Virus record (IMG/VR): IMGVR_UViG_3300032106_000033
Direction: 5' to 3' (one strand)
Length of the DNA stretch: 48,159 nt
From: a virus
The position numbers and the translations under genes were made by a program. This document shows positions 41,406 through 48,159 of this stretch, piece by piece. The first letter of the stretch is position 1. Every line of letters begins with the position of its first letter. The notes beneath the pieces were generated by a model. It was not told the origin of the DNA, did no database searches, and worked only from the letters and a program-made list of their open reading frames with translations.

Positions 41406-41900
41406 TTACGCGAAGAACTTAGCAATTTTCTCGTTCTCTGAAAATATAGTACCGCCCAAGCCTGCAATAGCAGCTCCCGTCTGGCTGGTGAAGATAGGCG
41501 CACCACCTACCTCCGCCGACTGGCCCAAGAGGGCGACAGTCTGAGTGTTGAGCTGGTTAGCTCGATCAAGGAAGCTTAGATTAGAGGTGAGTTGTGACGT
41601 GATGCTCCCTCTTGCCCCAGGCAGAGCCGTACCGCCAGGGGCAGCAGCCCCACGGACAGTAGCAGCTGAGGTGACATCAGCACGACGCCCCTGAGCCTCT
41701 CTGGCAGCAACTCGCTTAGCCCTGAGGGTTTGCAAGTCAGCAACCTTCTGCTGTTTGGCCTCAGCCTGCCTCTTCAGCTCGTTACTGCGCTGGAACTGTC
41801 TTGAAGCCTGCTTCCTTGCCTTACTGGCAGACTGCTGTTGGGTTACGAGCCCAACAGCAGAGAGGCCTAATCCAATAATTGCAAGTGTTCCTGGGTCCAT
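41406..41900 (-). CDS. Internal virion protein (T7 gp14 position) with an N-terminal TM segment and a coiled coil
   Basis: 164 aa. Contains LAIIGLGLSAVGLV, then the Gln/Arg/Ala-rich helix KARKQASRQFQRSNELKRQAEAKQQKVADLQTLRAKR. Confidence 0.5.
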   Translation of the reverse strand: MDPGTLAIIGLGLSAVGLVTQQQSASKARKQASRQFQRSNELKRQAEAKQQKVADLQTLRAKRVAAREAQGRRADVTSAATVRGAAAPGGTALPGARGSITSQLTSNLSFLDRANQLNTQTVALLGQSAEVGGAPIFTSQTGAAIAGLGGTIFSENEKIAKFFA

Positions 41901-42259
41901 TAGACTGTCTCCATGTCGTGTTTGATATACCGAACACCAACCTTGTCTTCATATATGACCCTGGGAACGAACCCAAGGAGAAGCATTAGCCTTTTGCTCT
42001 GAGTGTCGGTATCTTTAATGAGGGTATAAAGCTTGTCATACCCCAATAAATGAAACTTATCTTTCACCTCAACCATTACCTCCCTAGCATACTTGATAGC
42101 ATCACCAGAGAGCATCTTGATCTCAGTCAGGTGAAGGTGTGGCTCATTGTTCGAGTAAAAGGAGACACTGACCTTACCGAAGTCAGTATCTAATAGAGGG
42201 TATGGGTGGGAGAGGCGAGTGATGTCCACCTCTCCCTCCTCTTGTACAAGTCTTTCCAT
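41900..42259 (-). CDS. Small internal virion protein (T7 gp13 position)
   Basis: The likely start MERLVQEE at 42259 forms a TAATG overlap with the upstream stop. The ORF track extends it to 42295. The C-terminal KRLMLLLGFVP is faintly GNAT-like. Confidence 0.45.
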   Translation of the reverse strand: MERLVQEEGEVDITRLSHPYPLLDTDFGKVSVSFYSNNEPHLHLTEIKMLSGDAIKYAREVMVEVKDKFHLLGYDKLYTLIKDTDTQSKRLMLLLGFVPRVIYEDKVGVRYIKHDMETV

Positions 42260-44538
42260 TATATCTGTGTTACTCCACTGAAGTTGATAGCCCAACCTAA
42301 CAGATCAAAGTCCTTTCCACTCTCACTCTCGAACCTGAGTCTCAGAGCCTTGCCTACACCCCTCACCTTGTTCTTGGTGATGGTAACGGGGAACCCACTA
42401 TCAAAGTCTGTGCCGCTAGACGGGATGTATGTGTTAGAAACGAACACCTGGTCTACTCCATCAACGACAATATCTAAACCGTCCTTGACGATCCCATTGA
42501 TGCGCCTCTGAAACCTATACACCTGTACCTTAGGACTGAACTTGGAGCTGTTCGCACTATCGGACCATTCCCACTTAGCCTGCATGAAGCAGCCACTAGG
42601 CCTGACCCACGTCTCAAACGATCCATCAACATAAGAAGTCTCAGTCCTATTGAAAAGGACATGGATGTAAGTGGACTGCTTGTCCCTCTGTACATCCCCC
42701 ATCATCTCGTCCCCTGTCTCGAAGAAAGAGAGGTAATCCACCCCTACACTATCAACACTAAACCAGTCCTTGAATCTGGTGGACGTGAAGCCACCGAAGG
42801 ACCACTGTACGTTAGTCAGTCCTTCAGTAAATACAAAGAACTTAACGAACGTGTCACTTCCGATTATTAACTTGTCCGCAAAGACAACTTGATCTGCTCC
42901 ATCTAGAACATTGTCTATTCCGTCTACAATGTTGAAGGTCTGATCGGCTGAGTTAAGAGAAGACGTAGTGAAAACACTTCCTATGTAATAAGGAACAGTA
43001 CTAAACGTTTCTATCTTCCAAGGATAGAAGGCACCAAGTCTCGTATCTAGGACGAGTATCTTGTCAAACCTATACCTATCTAGATTATCAATATTAGCAA
43101 TAGAACGATACAGCCAGAATATCTTTTTTGTCGCTTGATCATATATGCCTTTAGCATCCACCTTTGACAGAGCAGGGATGTCATCATAGAACCCCTGAAT
43201 TGTATCCTTACTAATGTTAGTCACACCAAACTTGAATGTTACTTCATTCTGTATGACAGTGTTGATACCAGTCTTGCCCCACCAGACAGGCGTACCCTCC
43301 ACATCGACAACACTCTCTGCACTGTCAACACCAATACTGCTAATCTTCGATACGGTGAAGTCAGTAGCTTTGAACACCCCATCTGGCCCGGAGATGGACC
43401 ACACACCATTGTCTGCTAAGATGACTAGCGCGTCTTGCATGGCGAATAGCTTAAGTACGCTTCCAATCTCAGGGATGACGATGATACCACCGTCTGAAGA
43501 GAGCAGACTATTCAAATCTTCTGAAGTAGGATCGTTGATTTGGTAACATCTACCGATATTGGTAGTACCCTCGAGGATTTGGTTGAAGTAAATATTACCA
43601 TTAAATTTGCTCCCGCTCACTCCGGCCCACCACACCCTGCCGGCAAAGAAAGACGTGGCAGAAGGTCTGCCTGTGACGCTCTCAGTCTCCAACCCAGGAA
43701 TGCCACTCTCGATAGACCTATCCTTGAAGAAGGCTTTCAAGACGAGGTGGCCCTTGGGCGAAAGGGTGTTGCCTACCATGAACTTAGTCAAAGTGAGTGG
43801 GTCGAAGTCATTAGTGCTGTTCTTTCCAGTCCACCACTGCTTACTGTTCGGAGGATATTTGGACTGTGATGTGAAGTAGGTAGTAATAGGGTTGGTCCCT
43901 CCGTCATTAGGGGGTATCCAACCCTGGTTCTTGAGGTTGTAGTTGTGCTCGTCACTAAGGGTGACAGGCTCTTCATCATTCGCAAGGCTGTCGTCTAGCC
44001 CCTCGAAATCCCTGACCTCAATGTTGATCTGAGTAGAGATGATGGTGTCAATAGAGTTAGTGTACTCAACGAAGAAGCTTTCGATCTTACTTCCTGATAC
44101 GAATATCAAACCCTTACCGTTCACCACCTGCACCACACTCTTCTCCACCTCCGTAGCTCCTGTAGCAGTGAAGATAGTGAGATCAATAGTGAAAGCCTTC
44201 TGTCCACCACTCAGGGGGATAGCTGACAGGTCGTAGAAGTAGAGGGTGTCGCCTATCTGTAGCACCAGGAAGTTGGTATTACCATCACCACCAACCGTGT
44301 CCCACTGATGGGAAGAGATAGCATAATCGTCCCACGTAGTGAGAGCGACAGTCTGAGTGGATAGGATAAAATTGTCTTCTAAATTGGCACCGATCCTGCG
44401 CCTCCTGTTGCCTTGAGCAAAAAGGTCGCAATTCTCTTCATCAGTTGATGCGTTCTCGGGGAAGGTCAGAGGACCCGCCTCAGTGATCAGCCCCTTAACG
44501 AAGGTATTGAAGACCTTATTTTGTTGTGCTCTAGGCAT
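42259..44538 (-). CDS. Tail tubular protein B-like (nozzle)
   Basis: 759 aa. N-terminus is MPRAQQNKVFNTFVKGLITEAGPLTFPENASTDEENCDL. Follows the tubular-A-like gene, as in T7-like gene order. Confidence 0.65.
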   Translation of the reverse strand: MPRAQQNKVFNTFVKGLITEAGPLTFPENASTDEENCDLFAQGNRRRRIGANLEDNFILSTQTVALTTWDDYAISSHQWDTVGGDGNTNFLVLQIGDTLYFYDLSAIPLSGGQKAFTIDLTIFTATGATEVEKSVVQVVNGKGLIFVSGSKIESFFVEYTNSIDTIISTQINIEVRDFEGLDDSLANDEEPVTLSDEHNYNLKNQGWIPPNDGGTNPITTYFTSQSKYPPNSKQWWTGKNSTNDFDPLTLTKFMVGNTLSPKGHLVLKAFFKDRSIESGIPGLETESVTGRPSATSFFAGRVWWAGVSGSKFNGNIYFNQILEGTTNIGRCYQINDPTSEDLNSLLSSDGGIIVIPEIGSVLKLFAMQDALVILADNGVWSISGPDGVFKATDFTVSKISSIGVDSAESVVDVEGTPVWWGKTGINTVIQNEVTFKFGVTNISKDTIQGFYDDIPALSKVDAKGIYDQATKKIFWLYRSIANIDNLDRYRFDKILVLDTRLGAFYPWKIETFSTVPYYIGSVFTTSSLNSADQTFNIVDGIDNVLDGADQVVFADKLIIGSDTFVKFFVFTEGLTNVQWSFGGFTSTRFKDWFSVDSVGVDYLSFFETGDEMMGDVQRDKQSTYIHVLFNRTETSYVDGSFETWVRPSGCFMQAKWEWSDSANSSKFSPKVQVYRFQRRINGIVKDGLDIVVDGVDQVFVSNTYIPSSGTDFDSGFPVTITKNKVRGVGKALRLRFESESGKDFDLLGWAINFSGVTQI

Positions 44539-44550
44539 GTTGGTTTCCTA

Positions 44551-44877
44551 TTACGTACGGTTGGTCCAGTACTTAGCGAGGTACAGATCGATAGCTGTCT
44601 TAGCTCTGCTCTCCTCGGTCCACTTCCCCCTCAACTCAGGGGGCAGCTCTCCACCGTCAGGGAAGCTAATTAGATACATAGCATATTGCTTGTCAAAGAC
44701 GATCTTGATGTCCTTGCCCCTAGGGGTTACAGCAACTGCATCCTCTGACGGCTCTGGTTTGCCGGGGGGAGTGAGCACTTGCTTACGAGGAGCCTTAGGA
44801 TCGTAGGGTTTCTTAGGCGTCGTGTTTGCTTCTAAGCTGCCCGCCGCCTGATCTTCCGAAGTCTGGTTGTCTTCCAA
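44551..44877 (-). CDS. Small virion-module protein
   Basis: 108 aa. Pro/Lys-rich N-terminus, then YLISFPDGGELPPELRGKWTEESRAKTAIDLYL. Overlaps the upstream gene end by 65 nt. Confidence 0.5.
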   Translation of the reverse strand: MEDNQTSEDQAAGSLEANTTPKKPYDPKAPRKQVLTPPGKPEPSEDAVAVTPRGKDIKIVFDKQYAMYLISFPDGGELPPELRGKWTEESRAKTAIDLYLAKYWTNRT

Positions 44878-45604
44878 GATTATCTACCTTTCGTCTGTGT
44901 AACTTATTCTGTCCGCTTGTTAGCTGACGCCGGGCCTTACGCTCCGACTTGACATTAGTTACCTGTTTGAAGTTGATGAAGCATGTAGACTTAGCTTCCT
45001 CCAAGAGGAGGGTGAACTTATAACTATCCATATCTGGTATGAAATTGTCATCATGCGTCCACGTGGGCTCGGTTAGCCCGTAGCAAAACGTCTTACTCTG
45101 TTGCAGCGTACTGTCTACCGCACTATCAAAGCTATCGCAAACAATATGCAGATCATCAAATGTAGTCCAGAAGTCAGGATGCTTATCGTTCTCGACCAAT
45201 AGCTTGCCTGCCGCGAAGTCAGAGATGGCAACAGTGTTGCTGTCACTCTCTGTCCTACCGTTGAACCTGTTCTGAAACACCCTAGGCTCTAGGAAATCGA
45301 TGTCCTGGTAGTTCAGGTCTGTATCAATCAGGGTCTGCTTGTCATAACGGAAGAAGTCGATCTCCATTACAGAATCGGGAAGCTTCAGATAGTTAGGATG
45401 GGCTGTATCCCCTAGCCCCGTAAGGTTAATAATCTCCTTGTGTTCTGGCAGCTTGAGAACACTACTGATCAAATCGAAGTAGGTCTCCTTAATCACCACG
45501 GCAATCTGATCCGCCTCAACGCTGTCCCCTATGCTATTGACATAATCACTGTCCATAGCAGAGAGGATATTCTGGGTCATATCGAGGAGGGTCATTTTAG
45601 CCAT
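44813..45604 (-). CDS. Tail tubular protein A-like (adaptor)
   Basis: 263 aa starting MAKMTLLDMTQNILSAMDSDYVNSIGDSVEADQIAVVIKETYFDLIS. Positioned before the nozzle gene. Confidence 0.6.
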   Translation of the reverse strand: MAKMTLLDMTQNILSAMDSDYVNSIGDSVEADQIAVVIKETYFDLISSVLKLPEHKEIINLTGLGDTAHPNYLKLPDSVMEIDFFRYDKQTLIDTDLNYQDIDFLEPRVFQNRFNGRTESDSNTVAISDFAAGKLLVENDKHPDFWTTFDDLHIVCDSFDSAVDSTLQQSKTFCYGLTEPTWTHDDNFIPDMDSYKFTLLLEEAKSTCFINFKQVTNVKSERKARRQLTSGQNKLHRRKVDNLGRQPDFGRSGGGQLRSKHDA

Positions 45605-45734
45605 TATCTATCTTCTTATTTTCTTTCTTTTCATTATGTATTTCTTTTTGGACTTCTTCCAACTGTTGTTGAAGGAGGATACTACCAAAGAACATCTCTC
45701 CTAATGTAACCTTAATGCGTTCTTCTAAAGTCAT
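45597..45734 (-). CDS. 45-aa small protein
   Basis: MTLEERIKVTLGEMFFGSILLQQQLEEVQKEIHNEKKENKKIDNG. 8-nt overlap with the downstream start. Confidence 0.4.
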   Translation of the reverse strand: MTLEERIKVTLGEMFFGSILLQQQLEEVQKEIHNEKKENKKIDNG

Positions 45735-45739
45735 CGTAC

Positions 45740-45976
45740 TTATCCTTTCAAAAGCGCCATGATTTGCTGTTTTTTCACACTTGGTAGGGCGCCCATCCGG
45801 TTTTCGACTTCGGTGCGAGGCATTCCGTCAAAGATATTGTTACGGCGGACAAACCATGTTACAGCCAACCGTTCCAAAAGAAACCCGCCAACGTTTTGTT
45901 CATCTTCGTTGACAAGGGCTTGCTCAGATGGCGTAAATTTGACAATATATTTGTTGTCTACAAAAGTAACTTCCAT
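45740..45976 (-). CDS. Small hypothetical protein after the tail fiber
   Basis: 78-aa ORF starting 10 nt after the tail-fiber stop. Confidence 0.5.
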   Translation of the reverse strand: MEVTFVDNKYIVKFTPSEQALVNEDEQNVGGFLLERLAVTWFVRRNNIFDGMPRTEVENRMGALPSVKKQQIMALLKG

Positions 45977-45986
45977 TAGTATCTCC

Positions 45987-48159
45987 TTATATACCTATGA
46001 TGCCGTGTGCAATAAGATCATCAATTAATGCTTTAACGCGCTCGGCGAGTAGTGCTGTGGTGACGGTACTGGTTACGAAGGTCGTGCGGGTAGCCGTTCC
46101 GGTCGCGGCTGTCCAACCAATCTTACGATCGCTGAGAACAGGAATGCCATTCACGATGAAGGAATGGCCGGGGTCCAACAGAATATTCTCTGCATCTATC
46201 TTTAACTTAAACTTGGTTGCGCCAGTTAGTATTAAGGTATTTCCAGCCTGTACCTTCAGTACTGCTGATCGTCTCGTACCCCCACTATCGGTTGACACAA
46301 AGAGAATTTTCTGACTTTCTATGTTATTTCCCGATACGGCTCTTGTGTCTGCAACCAATGCATTTATCGAGGCCCCAGCCAGGCTGTTAAATGCCGTGAT
46401 CCATTTGAAACCAGTGCCGAGGGTAGCGCAGTTGAACCCTATGGCGTTCGTTGGCTGGGCCAAGGAGTTGCCGCCGACACTAAGACCAATAACCTGCGTA
46501 TCCGAGTGCATGACGTTGAAGTCGAACTCATTGAATAACCCACGCCCCGTATCTGTACCTGCGGACCGCACTGCGTCATCTTGAAGTAGGGTGTTTATTC
46601 CCCAGATATTGCCGTTGTTTACGTCAACATACCCGGCACCAAACAGGCAAACGCCATTCACCGTGGCATCGAGGTTCTTGATATAGCCAGCTATTCCGGT
46701 CGCGTGCTCGATAGTGCCTCCGGTAACGATATCGCAGACACCTTGCACTACATCGTAGTGGTTGATGTTCGGGAATATTGGCTTGTAAACATCATTTCCA
46801 GAGAGGTTGCTGTTGCGGTAGCTGAAGACGAAATCCTCATTCACGTGCGTTAGCGCGGCAGCAGTGTCCACATCAATCTTGTCGAGAGTCTCAACGAGGC
46901 CCCGTGCGTCGGAGTAGAACATAGTACGCGAGGATAGCATGGCGCCAACTGTATTTAATGCCCCCGTTGTATACACTGGGTCAGGAAGGACCAGTGGCTT
47001 CCCCGCTGCGACTGCGCGGTTTATCCCTGCCTGGACTTCGGTGGTCTCTATGCCAGTGCCGTCTGCACCATCGATGCGTACATTAATTGAACCAACCTGC
47101 GCTCCCTGACCAACTCGCTCCGCTGTCCACACCCGCTCCGTAGTGGCCGTACCTGCTTCTGCTTCAGCCTGAGAGGGGACAGCAAGGTCGGCCTGAGAGT
47201 TCGCTACGATAGCCTGCTTGACCCGTTGAGCCGTGAAGGTCTCCTCAATGGTCGCCGTGCCCGCCTCAGCGTCCACCTGACTAATGGGTGGCGGGTTGAC
47301 CTCCGCGCCGGTAGCGATGCCAGCCAGCTTGGTATTCTTGGTGTCCGTATATGCGTTGCTCTCCACCTCATACGCACTCTTAATTTGAGCGCCCGTCTGG
47401 TCAGCTGTAGCAGCAGCCTCCACACCATCGAGCTTGGTGCCGTCTACAGACACATCTCGGCCGTCCACCGTACTAGTAGTAACCAGCGCAGCAGAAAGCG
47501 TCAGGCCAACGTGCGTGGGGCTGTCCCCAGTGCCCAGGCCCAAGTTGGTAGCCGAGGTGGCTGCATTAGCCACGTCCGACAGGTTGTTGGCAGCGAGCAT
47601 GTCGCCCACGCCTAAACCCATATCGCCTGCCCTAGCAAACTTAAGAACAGCAATGTCAGCAGCGGTCCACGTACCAGCGGAAGCCACATGAGTCACCGTG
47701 ATCTGTAGCCAACCCGTATTGTCCACGACCGTAGCCGTGATGTTGAACACTGCAAAGGTGGCCGGCGTCCCGTTCTTACGGATGACGATGGTACCCTTGT
47801 TGGTTCCGCTCGAGGCTCCCCACTGTGCGAGGTAGTCCGATACATCAGGATTGCCCACATCAGCAGTCAGGGCGTCAACAGCAATAGCCGTCACACTGGC
47901 TATCGTAGCGTTGTTGAACCTGAAGCCCCCCGTACCTGGATCAGCCATCGCAGTACCACTGTCGAAGGTGAACCTGAACCCGTCTGCGTTCTCAGCAGCG
48001 GTTTTAGCATCAGAGGCAGCAGCCGCATCAGTCGACGCAGCAGAGGCTGAGGAGGCAGCATTCGTCTCGCTCGTACCTGCGTTGCTCTCCGAGGTGGAGG
48101 CAGCAGCCGCACTGGCCGTAGCAGAAGCCTTGTCAGCAGTGGTAGTGACCACATCAGCA
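45987..48159 (-). CDS. Tail fiber/tailspike, main body. The 5' end lies across the window edge at 488..1.
   Basis: Open from the window end to the stop at 45987. Ala/Ser-rich linker, two AEAGTAT..ERV/QRV..Q repeats, a long Gly/Asn/Thr-rich region compatible with a beta-helix, and a C-terminal ERVKALIDDLIAHGIIGI. The joined gene would be 877 codons. Confidence 0.8.
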   Translation of the reverse strand, partial: ADVVTTTADKASATASAAAASTSESNAGTSETNAASSASAASTDAAAASDAKTAAENADGFRFTFDSGTAMADPGTGGFRFNNATIASVTAIAVDALTADVGNPDVSDYLAQWGASSGTNKGTIVIRKNGTPATFAVFNITATVVDNTGWLQITVTHVASAGTWTAADIAVLKFARAGDMGLGVGDMLAANNLSDVANAATSATNLGLGTGDSPTHVGLTLSAALVTTSTVDGRDVSVDGTKLDGVEAAATADQTGAQIKSAYEVESNAYTDTKNTKLAGIATGAEVNPPPISQVDAEAGTATIEETFTAQRVKQAIVANSQADLAVPSQAEAEAGTATTERVWTAERVGQGAQVGSINVRIDGADGTGIETTEVQAGINRAVAAGKPLVLPDPVYTTGALNTVGAMLSSRTMFYSDARGLVETLDKIDVDTAAALTHVNEDFVFSYRNSNLSGNDVYKPIFPNINHYDVVQGVCDIVTGGTIEHATGIAGYIKNLDATVNGVCLFGAGYVDVNNGNIWGINTLLQDDAVRSAGTDTGRGLFNEFDFNVMHSDTQVIGLSVGGNSLAQPTNAIGFNCATLGTGFKWITAFNSLAGASINALVADTRAVSGNNIESQKILFVSTDSGGTRRSAVLKVQAGNTLILTGATKFKLKIDAENILLDPGHSFIVNGIPVLSDRKIGWTAATGTATRTTFVTSTVTTALLAERVKALIDDLIAHGIIGI

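Noticed and set aside
1-48159. Lysogeny module, transposase or other mobile element
   Set aside because: No integrase, recombinase, repressor or transposase-like motifs appear in any ORF. The only mobility-associated gene is the free-standing HNH endonuclease.

Overview
The window looks like one complete, circularly closed dsDNA phage genome of about 48.13 kb. The first 27 nt equal the last 27 nt, and the tail-fiber reading frame is preserved across that join. The layout resembles a T7-like podovirus but lacks a phage RNA polymerase. Two arms diverge from a roughly 740-bp AT-rich, repeat-laden control region (9383-10122). They converge on a 15-bp-stem bidirectional terminator (33231-33274). 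The minus-strand arm runs from about 9060 down to 1, then wraps to 48159 and continues down to 33345. It encodes three tRNAs interleaved with very basic microproteins, small and large terminase, portal, scaffold, major capsid, a tail fiber split by the window edge, tail tubular A/B-like proteins, internal virion proteins (a 1563-aa giant and a 731-aa protein with a C-terminal M15 peptidase) and a small membrane/lipoprotein/DUF1353 set. The plus-strand arm (10123-33093) starts with many tiny early ORFs and two long, visibly structured non-coding stretches. It continues with a nine-ORF translationally coupled amide-bond-forming cassette (14411-20620). The replication and nucleotide module follows: gp4-like primase-helicase, an ECF-type sigma factor, family A DNA polymerase, gp2.5-like SSB, FEN-type 5'-3' exonuclease, HNH endonuclease, DEDD exonuclease, a single-subunit ribonucleotide reductase, DUF3310 and dCMP deaminase. 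I see no integrase, repressor, rRNA, CRISPR array or transposase. The most interesting elements are: (1) the amidoligase/ATP-grasp/GATase cassette, whose product and target are not evident; (2) the phage sigma factor together with a conserved roughly 36-nt motif present at the control region and directly upstream of the cassette; (3) the 443-nt and 370-nt structured non-coding regions with SD-sequestering hairpins; (4) eye-aligned substitutions in the DNA polymerase at the Klenow E710/Y766 positions. All family assignments come from motif recognition by eye. No HMM, BLAST or folding program was run.
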